Positions 8,484 to 16,160 of a stretch of DNA of 32,000 nucleotides are shown piece by piece. Location: contig JAPLKZ010000011.1 of assembly GCA_026387835.1 (NCBI GenBank), forward strand, positions 86,135 through 118,134. The letters run 5' to 3'. Position numbers and translations under genes: made by a program. Below the pieces are notes generated by a model that saw only the letters and a list, made by a program, of their open reading frames with translations, did no database searches and had not been told where the DNA came from. Every line of letters starts with the position of its first letter. The stretch's first letter is position 1. The stretch comes from Candidatus Saganbacteria bacterium. Its GTDB lineage: Bacteria; Margulisbacteria; WOR-1; JAKLHX01.

Positions 8484-9674
8484 ATGTCAATGAAACATTT
8501 ATTCACGTCTGAATCGGTCACTGAGGGGCATCCTGATAAGATGTGTGACCAGATATCGGATGCGATACTTGACGCGATAATAGAAAAAGACCCGCCCGCA
8601 AGGGTCGCAGTCGAAGCTTTGACGACGAACGGACTTGTGATAGTAGCGGGCGAGGTGACGACCGGCACTTATATAGACATTCCGTCAATAGTCAGGAACA
8701 CTATAAAGGATATCGGTTACGTCAGCAGGGAGATCGGTTTTGATTATGAGACATGCGGGGTAATGGTATCGATCAAAGAACAGTCAAAAGATATAGCAAG
8801 AGGGGTCGATAAGGCGCTCGAGGTCAGGGGCGGGGAGGTCATAAAAGAAGACCTGGAAAATATCGGTGCCGGCGACCAGGGCCTCATGTTCGGCTATGCC
8901 TGCAACGAAACACCGGAGTTGATGCCGCTTCCGATAAGTCTGGCCCAAAAGCTTGCCAAGAAGCTTGCAGATGTGAGGAAAAACAAGGAACTCACGTATT
9001 TAAGGCCGGACGGGAAAACCCAGGTGACCGTGGAATATCAGAACGGAAAACCGGTACGGATAGACAGCGTGCTCATCGCGACACAGCATAATCCTGATGC
9101 CGCGCCGGAAAAGATCAAAGAGGACATGATAAATCATGTAGTAAAAAAGATCATCCCGGCCGGTCTGATCGACAAAGACACAAAATATTATGTCAACCCT
9201 ACCGGAAGGTTTGTGATCGGAGGCCCCCAGGGAGACACGGGGCTCACGGGAAGGAAGATAATAATCGATACTTACGGAGGATACGCGCGTCACGGGGGCG
9301 GCGCATTTTCAGGAAAAGACCCGACAAAAGTCGACAGGTCCGGGAGTTACGCGGTAAGATATGTGGCCAAGAACATTGTTGCTGCAGGGCTGGCCGACAA
9401 GTGCGAGGTCCAGGTCGCTTACGCGATAGGCGTGGCGCGTCCGCTTTCAGTGATGGTGGACACTTTCGGAACGGGGAAAATTGCAGAGGAGAAGATCTCG
9501 CGGCTTGTGAACGAGTATTTTGACCTGAGACCGGGACTGATCATAGGCAATCTTAATTTAAGAAGGCCGCTTTACAGGCAGGTAGCGTCTTACGGGCATT
9601 TCGGAAGACCGGAGCTCGATCTTCCTTGGGAAAATACGGACAAAGCCGAAGTTCTTAAGAAAGCCGCAAAATAA
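8484..9674 (+). CDS. metK: S-adenosylmethionine synthetase
   Basis: The track ORF starts at 8439, but AGGAG (8471-8475) precedes ATG 8484 by 8 nt. [19 protein letters not shown] is the usual MetK N-terminus, and [12 protein letters not shown] is present. Confidence 0.95.
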   Translation: MSMKHLFTSESVTEGHPDKMCDQISDAILDAIIEKDPPARVAVEALTTNGLVIVAGEVTTGTYIDIPSIVRNTIKDIGYVSREIGFDYETCGVMVSIKEQSKDIARGVDKALEVRGGEVIKEDLENIGAGDQGLMFGYACNETPELMPLPISLAQKLAKKLADVRKNKELTYLRPDGKTQVTVEYQNGKPVRIDSVLIATQHNPDAAPEKIKEDMINHVVKKIIPAGLIDKDTKYYVNPTGRFVIGGPQGDTGLTGRKIIIDTYGGYARHGGGAFSGKDPTKVDRSGSYAVRYVAKNIVAAGLADKCEVQVAYAIGVARPLSVMVDTFGTGKIAEEKISRLVNEYFDLRPGLIIGNLNLRRPLYRQVASYGHFGRPELDLPWENTDKAEVLKKAAK

Positions 9675-9687
9675 AAAGATCCGGTCA

Positions 9688-10803
9688 TCAGTTATCTTCG
9701 TATTTCACGATGATGGCGTTGCTTACGCCCTGCTGATAGCCCGACGAAGGAAGATTGACCACGACATCATTAACGAACATTGTCGAAGAGCCACCGCCGT
9801 CAAGACCGATCGCATCGCTGCAGCCCAGCTGTTTCATGGTGTCAGCGAGTTCGCTGTAAGTGACTCCCCGTTTCCTTCTCAGGTATCTGGACTGCTTTCC
9901 TTCTACAACCACAAAGATAAGATTATTACCCGAAAGTCCTACAGCGGTGCGCGCCTTCCTGCCGAAAACCTCGCTGTCAAAGTTTTCGGACGCGATGCTG
10001 TCCAACGCAACATTATTCCCATTTTCCAGGAGGCGGGGCCCGCCTGTAACGACCTGCTCATAATTCTCCCATCCCTCTGAAAGCTTATAATTTATCTCGA
10101 TATAGGCTCCCGGGGGAAGCGCGTTGGTGTAATTTTTTGTCCAGCCGTGGAACGATATCACGTAACCGTTCCTTGGGATGGGAGAATTGCCGTCGGAAAT
10201 GCCGACTACCATTCCATCTTCCACGATCACTTCAGAACCGCTGTCATTGGTCCCGGTATTCCAGCCGTATTCCGGAGTGTAGATTATCACCTCGTCCTCT
10301 TTTCTCGGTCTGTTCAGCCCCCAGACAGAGATCTTTTGGCCTGTTTCGAGATTTGTCACGTAACCGACGAACTTCGGGATGCCGAATTTTACCCCGTTTT
10401 TCTTCGAGACGCCGATCGCGGACCTGTTTAAAAGTGATTTTGTGACGATCTTTTTGTCGATGACGATCAGGCCTACGGGAAGATAAGGATAAGTCTTGTC
10501 GAAAAACGTGCCGTTGACTGCCGCAACCGCCCCATTATTGTACGCTATCGAGCTTACGGGACGGAGCCTTCCGACCGCTCCGCGGGCCAGCGCAGCCCTG
10601 ACCTCGATGCTCGGACTTTTAAAGTCTACACTGAGGACATGTATTTTGACCGGTTTATTTCCATTGAAATCTTTACTGAAACTGGAATAGACGATGCCGG
10701 GCAGGACTCCGACATTCTCCGCCGCGATAGTACACCGGCAAAATACCGCCAAGAATAGTATAGAAAAAAATAATCTTTTAATTTTAATCCGCCACCTTGA
10801 CAA
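9688..10803 (-). CDS. Secreted phosphodiester glycosidase family protein (DUF2233/NAGPA-like)
   Basis: 371-aa ORF. TTG start is followed by a signal-peptide-like RIKIKRLFFSILFLAVFCRCTIAAE. AAVNGTFFD and GLDGGGSSTM are characteristic of the family. Confidence 0.7.
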   Translation of the reverse strand: MSRWRIKIKRLFFSILFLAVFCRCTIAAENVGVLPGIVYSSFSKDFNGNKPVKIHVLSVDFKSPSIEVRAALARGAVGRLRPVSSIAYNNGAVAAVNGTFFDKTYPYLPVGLIVIDKKIVTKSLLNRSAIGVSKKNGVKFGIPKFVGYVTNLETGQKISVWGLNRPRKEDEVIIYTPEYGWNTGTNDSGSEVIVEDGMVVGISDGNSPIPRNGYVISFHGWTKNYTNALPPGAYIEINYKLSEGWENYEQVVTGGPRLLENGNNVALDSIASENFDSEVFGRKARTAVGLSGNNLIFVVVEGKQSRYLRRKRGVTYSELADTMKQLGCSDAIGLDGGGSSTMFVNDVVVNLPSSGYQQGVSNAIIVKYEDN

Positions 10804-13501
10804 GTTTCATAGAAACGAGCTTTGATATCCCGGGCTCTTCCATTGTAATGCCATACAGCGTGCCGGCGCTTGCCATGGTCCTTTTGCTGTGTGTGATGAC
10901 GACCGCCTGCATGTTTGAAGAGAACTCTTTAAGGAGCTTGCCGAAACGGATCGTGTTTATCTCGTCCAGGGCGGCGTCCACTTCGTCCATAAAGCAGAAA
11001 GGGCCGGGATTTATTTTCATAAGGGAGAACAATATTGCTATAGCCGTAAGGGCTTTTTCACCACCGGACATAAGAGAGATATTAAGCCATTTCTTGCCCG
11101 ACGGCCTTGCCATGATATCTATCCCGGCTTCAAGCACGTCGCCGGGCGCAAGCTCTATCCTTGCTTCTCCTCCCTCGAACAGCGACGTGAATATTTCGGA
11201 AAAATATCTGTTGACATCGGAGATCATAGCGGAGAATTTCTGTCTTGCTTCGCCGTCAAGGTCCCTGATCAGGCTGTTCAGGTTACCCCTTGCGCTCACA
11301 AGATCGTTGTACTGGGTCTCTATGAACGAAAGGCGTTCTTTCGACGCCTCGAATTCCTCTACAGCAAGAAGGTTCACGGGGCCGATAGCCCTTATCCCGC
11401 TCTTCAGTGTCTCTATCTCTTCTTTTGCCCTTGAAGCATTGGGAGCTTCCGGCAGTTCGCTTTCCAGCACCTGTCCGCAGGACAATTGATATTCCTGTTC
11501 CATGAGCATCGCTATGGCGTTCAGTTCACCCTCGATCTTTGCGAGGCCGACCTCTTCTTTTGCCAGTTCGTCGCGGACCACCCTTTCCTCGCCGGTCATG
11601 GACCTTATCTTTTCTTCAAGAGCCTCAAGTTTGGCCTGCTTGGCCGCTTTTTCGGATAAAAGGGCCTGAAGCTTTGCCTCAATAACCTTTTCTTCGCCGG
11701 CGAACTTAGGCAGGATAGCTTCACAGCCATCTATCTCTTTCTGCGCAGCTATCAGTCTTTCTGAAAGAGATATGATCTCGGATCCTTTATCTTTGATATC
11801 GCTTTCCGCGGCTGAGGTCTCAGCCCGGATGCTTTCGATCTCGTCTCTTTTTTGTTTTGATGTATCGTCAAAATTCGAGCAGTTGAGCCTGGTTTCGGCA
11901 AGCGCGGCAATGGCTTTTTCTTTCTCGAGATTAAGGTCCGCGGTCTTTTTCTCAAGTTCCCTGAACATATCGCTCATCTCCAGGGAGCTTGACTCAAGCC
12001 TTGAAAGCGAATCTTTTTCTTGTTCCCTCTGTATCAGGATCATTTCCAGATGTGCTTTTTTATCGGAGATGTTCTTTTCGAGGACGCCAATTTCCATGTC
12101 GATCTTTTTGAATATCGCGTCCTTCCTGGAAATTATGCTGCGCTTTATATCTTCGGAGACCCCCGAAAGGCCTTCCATCTCCTTTTCCAGGGACATAATA
12201 TCCTCTTTAAGTCCCCTCAGATTATCGAGGAATGCCTTATCCTTAGAGATTGTTTCCTCGGTGAAATTTACGGCGAGGGCAATTTCCTTAAGCGAATGTC
12301 TCTTTGAAGATAATTCAATGTCCTTTTCGTGGATAGGGTTTTTCAGGCTGCTCCAGTTGCGCAAAGCATCCTCTGTCTTTTTATTGACCTCGTCAAGGGT
12401 CTTTTTTGCCTCATCAAGAAGGAATTTAGGGTCCTTCTGCCTGTCAAGGAACGATCCGATCTCTTTTTCTTTTATATCGAGCTTTTGGAGTTTTGCTCCA
12501 AGGAGAGTCCCGATCTTTTCATTTTCCTTTTTTATCTCGGAGATCCTTTCCGTAAGCTGGGATATCCTTTCTTTCCCGACATTGATACTGCCTTTGGCTT
12601 CTTCAAAAGATCCCCTAAGCCGCGAGATTTCAGACCTTGCAGCATCTATCAGAGCGTCGATCTCTTTAAGTTTATTCCTGATCTTCGACCTGTCGTCTTC
12701 TTCTTTCAGCGTGACGGCTTCGCTTCCGGAGGTCTTTTTTTTCAGATCATCGATCCTTGCAAGAAAACCGTTCCTTTTTTCTTCGAGCGAGCGCAGCAAT
12801 TTTTTCCCGAGGCCGATCTCGAGGGCCATTAATCTTTCTTTCAAGTCAAGATATTCTCTGGCTTTTTCTGCCTGGGTCTCAAGGGATGAAAGGTTGTCTT
12901 TGATCTCCCCGCGGAGGTCATTTATCCTCAGAAGGTTCTGCTCGGTGCCTATCAGCCTTCTCTCGGCCGCTCTTTTTCTGAACTTGTATTTGCCGATAGC
13001 CGCTGCTTCCTCGAATACCTGGCGCCTGTCCTCCGGTCTTGAGCTCAGGATCGAATCGATCTGCCCCTGGTTGACGATGGAATATGCCCCGTTACCTATG
13101 CCGGTATCCATAAACAGCTCTTTTATATCCTTAAGGCGGCAAAGGTTCTTGTTTATATAGAATTCGCTTTCCCCGGACCTGAAGACCCTTCTTTTTATCT
13201 GGATCTCGCTGTAATCAGTCTTAAGGCGGCGGTCGGAATTATCTATAACGATAGAGACCTCGGCAAGCGAAAGGGCCTTTCGGCCGCTGCTGCCTGCAAA
13301 GATCACATCTTCAAGACTTTCTCCCCTCAGATCCTTCATGCTCTGTTCCCCGAGAACGAACCTCAGGGCGTCGACGACATTTGATTTTCCGCAGCCGTTG
13401 GGGCCGACGATAGCAGTGATTGACGGCGGAGAATCGATCAAAAGCGAGGTCTTATCTGCGAAAGTCTTGAACCCGCGTAATGTAAGTTCTTTTAAACGCA
13501 A
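10784..13501 (-). CDS. smc: Chromosome partition protein Smc, unusually short (905 aa), no recognisable hinge
   Basis: N-terminal head: GFKTFADKT...IVGPNGCGKSNVVDALRFVLGEQS...EEAAAIGKYKFRK. C-terminal head: LSGGEKALTAIAILFSLMKINPGPFCFMDEVDAALD. The centre is continuous coiled-coil-like sequence. TTG start has an AAGAAGGGA SD. Confidence 0.85.
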   Translation of the reverse strand: MRLKELTLRGFKTFADKTSLLIDSPPSITAIVGPNGCGKSNVVDALRFVLGEQSMKDLRGESLEDVIFAGSSGRKALSLAEVSIVIDNSDRRLKTDYSEIQIKRRVFRSGESEFYINKNLCRLKDIKELFMDTGIGNGAYSIVNQGQIDSILSSRPEDRRQVFEEAAAIGKYKFRKRAAERRLIGTEQNLLRINDLRGEIKDNLSSLETQAEKAREYLDLKERLMALEIGLGKKLLRSLEEKRNGFLARIDDLKKKTSGSEAVTLKEEDDRSKIRNKLKEIDALIDAARSEISRLRGSFEEAKGSINVGKERISQLTERISEIKKENEKIGTLLGAKLQKLDIKEKEIGSFLDRQKDPKFLLDEAKKTLDEVNKKTEDALRNWSSLKNPIHEKDIELSSKRHSLKEIALAVNFTEETISKDKAFLDNLRGLKEDIMSLEKEMEGLSGVSEDIKRSIISRKDAIFKKIDMEIGVLEKNISDKKAHLEMILIQREQEKDSLSRLESSSLEMSDMFRELEKKTADLNLEKEKAIAALAETRLNCSNFDDTSKQKRDEIESIRAETSAAESDIKDKGSEIISLSERLIAAQKEIDGCEAILPKFAGEEKVIEAKLQALLSEKAAKQAKLEALEEKIRSMTGEERVVRDELAKEEVGLAKIEGELNAIAMLMEQEYQLSCGQVLESELPEAPNASRAKEEIETLKSGIRAIGPVNLLAVEEFEASKERLSFIETQYNDLVSARGNLNSLIRDLDGEARQKFSAMISDVNRYFSEIFTSLFEGGEARIELAPGDVLEAGIDIMARPSGKKWLNISLMSGGEKALTAIAILFSLMKINPGPFCFMDEVDAALDEINTIRFGKLLKEFSSNMQAVVITHSKRTMASAGTLYGITMEEPGISKLVSMKLVKVAD

Positions 13502-13524
13502 TCTAAGGTCCCTTCTTAAGGCAA

Positions 13525-13533
13525 ATTATAACA
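13525..13533 (-). promoter_or_regulatory. Extended -10 box for smc
   Basis: Minus strand TGTTATAAT lies ~23 nt upstream of the TTG start, with the SD in between. Confidence 0.4.
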
Positions 13534-13610
13534 CAATAAAAAATTTCCGGTCAAATAAAACTCCTCGTTCCGGTAAATAAACACGTCAAAAATGTAGTAA
13601 AATAGATATA

Positions 13611-15809
13611 GTGCTGTCAACATTTACTATCTTAAGCATTTTTATCGAAATATTTGCGGCATTGATACTAATTGCCGGGGCCTACACATTAATAATAAAA
13701 TTAGTGCAGACCCGTGCAAAAGAAGACCTGCTCCTGTCTATTATCTTCAGTTTATTAAGCCTTTATCTTATCGGGACCATAAGTTCCCAACTGATGTTCA
13801 ATATCGGACTTTATATGTCGACCCTGATAATTCTGCAGAGAGCGATGAACGGCCTGTTTGCGCTATGTTCGGTTTTTATCGTAGTTTTTGCCTGCAAGGT
13901 GGCAGGCCTAAAGATCAGGTGGTCTTTGCCTGTGACGGCTCTTTTTTTCGCCTTTCTTGTCGCATTGATAATTACGTCTCCGATAAATCTGATATACAGG
14001 TTTGACATAACGGAACCGATAGTTAAATTTTACGGACTAACATTCACCCGTTATTTCTGGATAGTGTCATGGGTCTTTCTCGGCTCGGTTCTTTTGAATA
14101 AGTCCAGAAAACCGCAGCAATTTCAGGAAAGAAAGCTGTTGCGGTTATCAGGCTTTTCGTCTTTGTCCGTCGCTTTGGGGTACAGCCTCTATTTAGTGTA
14201 TATTGTATCTAACAACGGCATTTTCTTATTGTCTTCGTGGCTGATAACCTTTTTTTCTTTTTCAGGGTTTTTGATAGGGAATATAATCTCTCCTAATGAC
14301 CCCATCGCAGAAAAACCGCTGGATATATTAAAGACCAGGATACTTTTCAAGCTGGCCATGCTTTTTGTGCTTATGATCGTCATCATAGTAGAAACGACAT
14401 CGATCGCCACGATAAGCATATTGAGGGTATCACTTTCAAAGGCGGTCGTGGAAAGGGACAGGCAGATAGCCTTGGGTATTTCCGACAGAGTGGAGTATTA
14501 TCTGAAACAGGGCAAGAAATCGGACGAAGTGATCCTCCAGCTCCAGGCGGATGTTGAAAACATCAGTTTTTCACAGAGAAGGATAATAGGTGTCGTGGAT
14601 TCAAACGGCAGGCTGATCGCGCATTCGGATCCACAGAGAACTGCTTTGAGGGAAGACCTCAGCATGCTTTCTCCCATAATGAAAGTCTTGTCGGGAAAGT
14701 CCGGTTGGGAGACGTTTTTTGACGAATCCAACGGCCGGATGGTAGGCGCATTCCTGCCGGTGTATTCAACGGGATGGGGGATCCTTGTGACAGAGCCGAT
14801 AACACAGGCATACGCGGAGACCAGAAGGATGGAAACAAGCTCGCTTATATTCGTGATACTCGGCATAATAATCGCGGTGATAGTGGGACTGATATCTGCC
14901 AAGAGGATCGAACTTCCTATAAACGCCATCATTTTTGGCACGGAGCAGATCCGGAAAGGCAACCTGAAATATCAGATAGTGACCGACTCGATCGATGAAA
15001 TAGGCCGGCTGGCGAAGGAATTCAACAGCATGACGGCGGAACTTAAGGAAAGCCAGGACCATCTTATAGCTTCAGAAAAACTTGCGGCCCTGGGAGCCAT
15101 GGCGGCCGGTATGGCGCATGAAATAAAAAACCCGCTTGTCGCGCTCAGGACGTTTACCCAGCTTTTTCCGATGAAATGGGAGGACAAAGATTTCAGGGAT
15201 AAATTTTCGGCTATTGTCCCTGCTGAAATTGACAAAATAAACAAGATAGCCGAAAACCTTTTGAAGTTCGGGAAACCCTCAAAACCCGAGTTCAAACACA
15301 CCAGCATAAACGCAGTCCTTGAAGAAGTCCTTGATCTTTTGGATAACCAGTTCAAGAAGAACAATATCAGGGTGGCTACAAAAATGATACAGCTCCCTAT
15401 GATAAACGGCGACCCCGGGCAGCTTTCCCAGGCATTTCTGAATATTGTCCTTAATGCTTCTCAGGCGATGCCAAACGGCGGTGAGCTTACGGTCAAGACC
15501 GATATAGGCCATGTAATCCAACTGGGAACGCTTACCAAGGACAGTTTAGCCGAAGTTAAAAAGATCGCGGATAAAGCTTCGGGCAGTGAAGTCCCTGTAG
15601 TATTTGTCGAGATCACTGATACGGGAAGCGGTATTTCCGAAGAAAAAATGAAGAACATGTTCGATCCGTTTTTTACTACAAAAGAAAGCGGTACCGGAAT
15701 GGGGCTGCCTATTACTTTAAGGATAATCGAAGAGCACAAAGGTTCAATAAAAGTAAAAAGTCAGGTTGGGAAGGGTACGACTTTTATTATTATCCTGCCT
15801 CAAGCATAG
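13611..15809 (+). CDS. Sensor histidine kinase (multi-TM N-terminal region, Cache-like extracytoplasmic domain, HAMP, HisKA, HATPase_c)
   Basis: 732-aa ORF with about 7-8 hydrophobic segments in the first ~270 aa. A ~150-aa loop and one more TM follow. The H-box is MAHEIKNPL, and the N/G boxes are NIVLNASQAM, DTGSGI and GTGMGL. No response-regulator gene is adjacent. GTG start has no SD. Confidence 0.85.
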   Translation: MLSTFTILSIFIEIFAALILIAGAYTLIIKLVQTRAKEDLLLSIIFSLLSLYLIGTISSQLMFNIGLYMSTLIILQRAMNGLFALCSVFIVVFACKVAGLKIRWSLPVTALFFAFLVALIITSPINLIYRFDITEPIVKFYGLTFTRYFWIVSWVFLGSVLLNKSRKPQQFQERKLLRLSGFSSLSVALGYSLYLVYIVSNNGIFLLSSWLITFFSFSGFLIGNIISPNDPIAEKPLDILKTRILFKLAMLFVLMIVIIVETTSIATISILRVSLSKAVVERDRQIALGISDRVEYYLKQGKKSDEVILQLQADVENISFSQRRIIGVVDSNGRLIAHSDPQRTALREDLSMLSPIMKVLSGKSGWETFFDESNGRMVGAFLPVYSTGWGILVTEPITQAYAETRRMETSSLIFVILGIIIAVIVGLISAKRIELPINAIIFGTEQIRKGNLKYQIVTDSIDEIGRLAKEFNSMTAELKESQDHLIASEKLAALGAMAAGMAHEIKNPLVALRTFTQLFPMKWEDKDFRDKFSAIVPAEIDKINKIAENLLKFGKPSKPEFKHTSINAVLEEVLDLLDNQFKKNNIRVATKMIQLPMINGDPGQLSQAFLNIVLNASQAMPNGGELTVKTDIGHVIQLGTLTKDSLAEVKKIADKASGSEVPVVFVEITDTGSGISEEKMKNMFDPFFTTKESGTGMGLPITLRIIEEHKGSIKVKSQVGKGTTFIIILPQA

Positions 15810-15814
15810 AAGAA

Positions 15815-16042
15815 TTAAGTTGTATAGAACACTTGCGTAGCTAATGTCGGGTTAAATTCTTTTGTAATGCTCAGCTTTTTTGCATCTTCATCATTTAGGA
15901 TAGTTGCAAATTGTCCGTTTGATGTGTCTTGTATATTTCTAGCATCACGCGCATAACCATCAAGTTGTATATTTCCGGCCTCCATTTTTGCAACCGCCAC
16001 TTGAAAGTTATTGTTAACAGACATATCGTTTGTTATAGCCAT
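15815..16042 (-). CDS. Hypothetical 75-aa protein (no family recognised)
   Basis: The ORF has AGGGGA 8 nt upstream of ATG 16042 and lies in an AT-rich stretch. It has no TM or signal sequence and is Asn/Asp/Thr-rich. Confidence 0.45.
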   Translation of the reverse strand: MAITNDMSVNNNFQVAVAKMEAGNIQLDGYARDARNIQDTSNGQFATILNDEDAKKLSITKEFNPTLATQVFYTT

Positions 16043-16106
16043 ATAGAGAGTCCCCTTTTGAGCCTCTACATACTGTATATCGTGGTCATATGCAAAAAAC
16101 TTGCAT

Positions 16107-16136
16107 TTGATTTAATACCTTATATTTTGCTATAAT
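16107..16136 (+). promoter_or_regulatory. Candidate clpC promoter
   Basis: TTGATT (16107-16112) - 18 nt - TGcTATAAT (16128-16136). AGGAG at 16144-16148. Confidence 0.5.
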
Positions 16137-16160
16137 CTTAGCCAGGAGTCAAGATATAAT

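Noticed and set aside
11772-13160. 462-aa ORF on the plus strand (the longest unexplained ORF in the track)
   Set aside because: It lies entirely antisense to smc. Its Ser/Phe/Leu/Ile-rich low-complexity translation is what the reverse complement of GAA/AAG/GAG-rich coiled-coil codons produces. It has no SD and no motifs. The same reasoning applies to 10797-11489 and 12329-12832.
16043-16160. CtsR operator or CIRCE element upstream of clpC
   Set aside because: I looked for the GGTCAAA direct repeat and for TTAGCACTC-N9-GAGTGCTAA on both strands and found neither. Only the ATGCAA-N5-TTGCAT palindrome is present, and it is reported separately.
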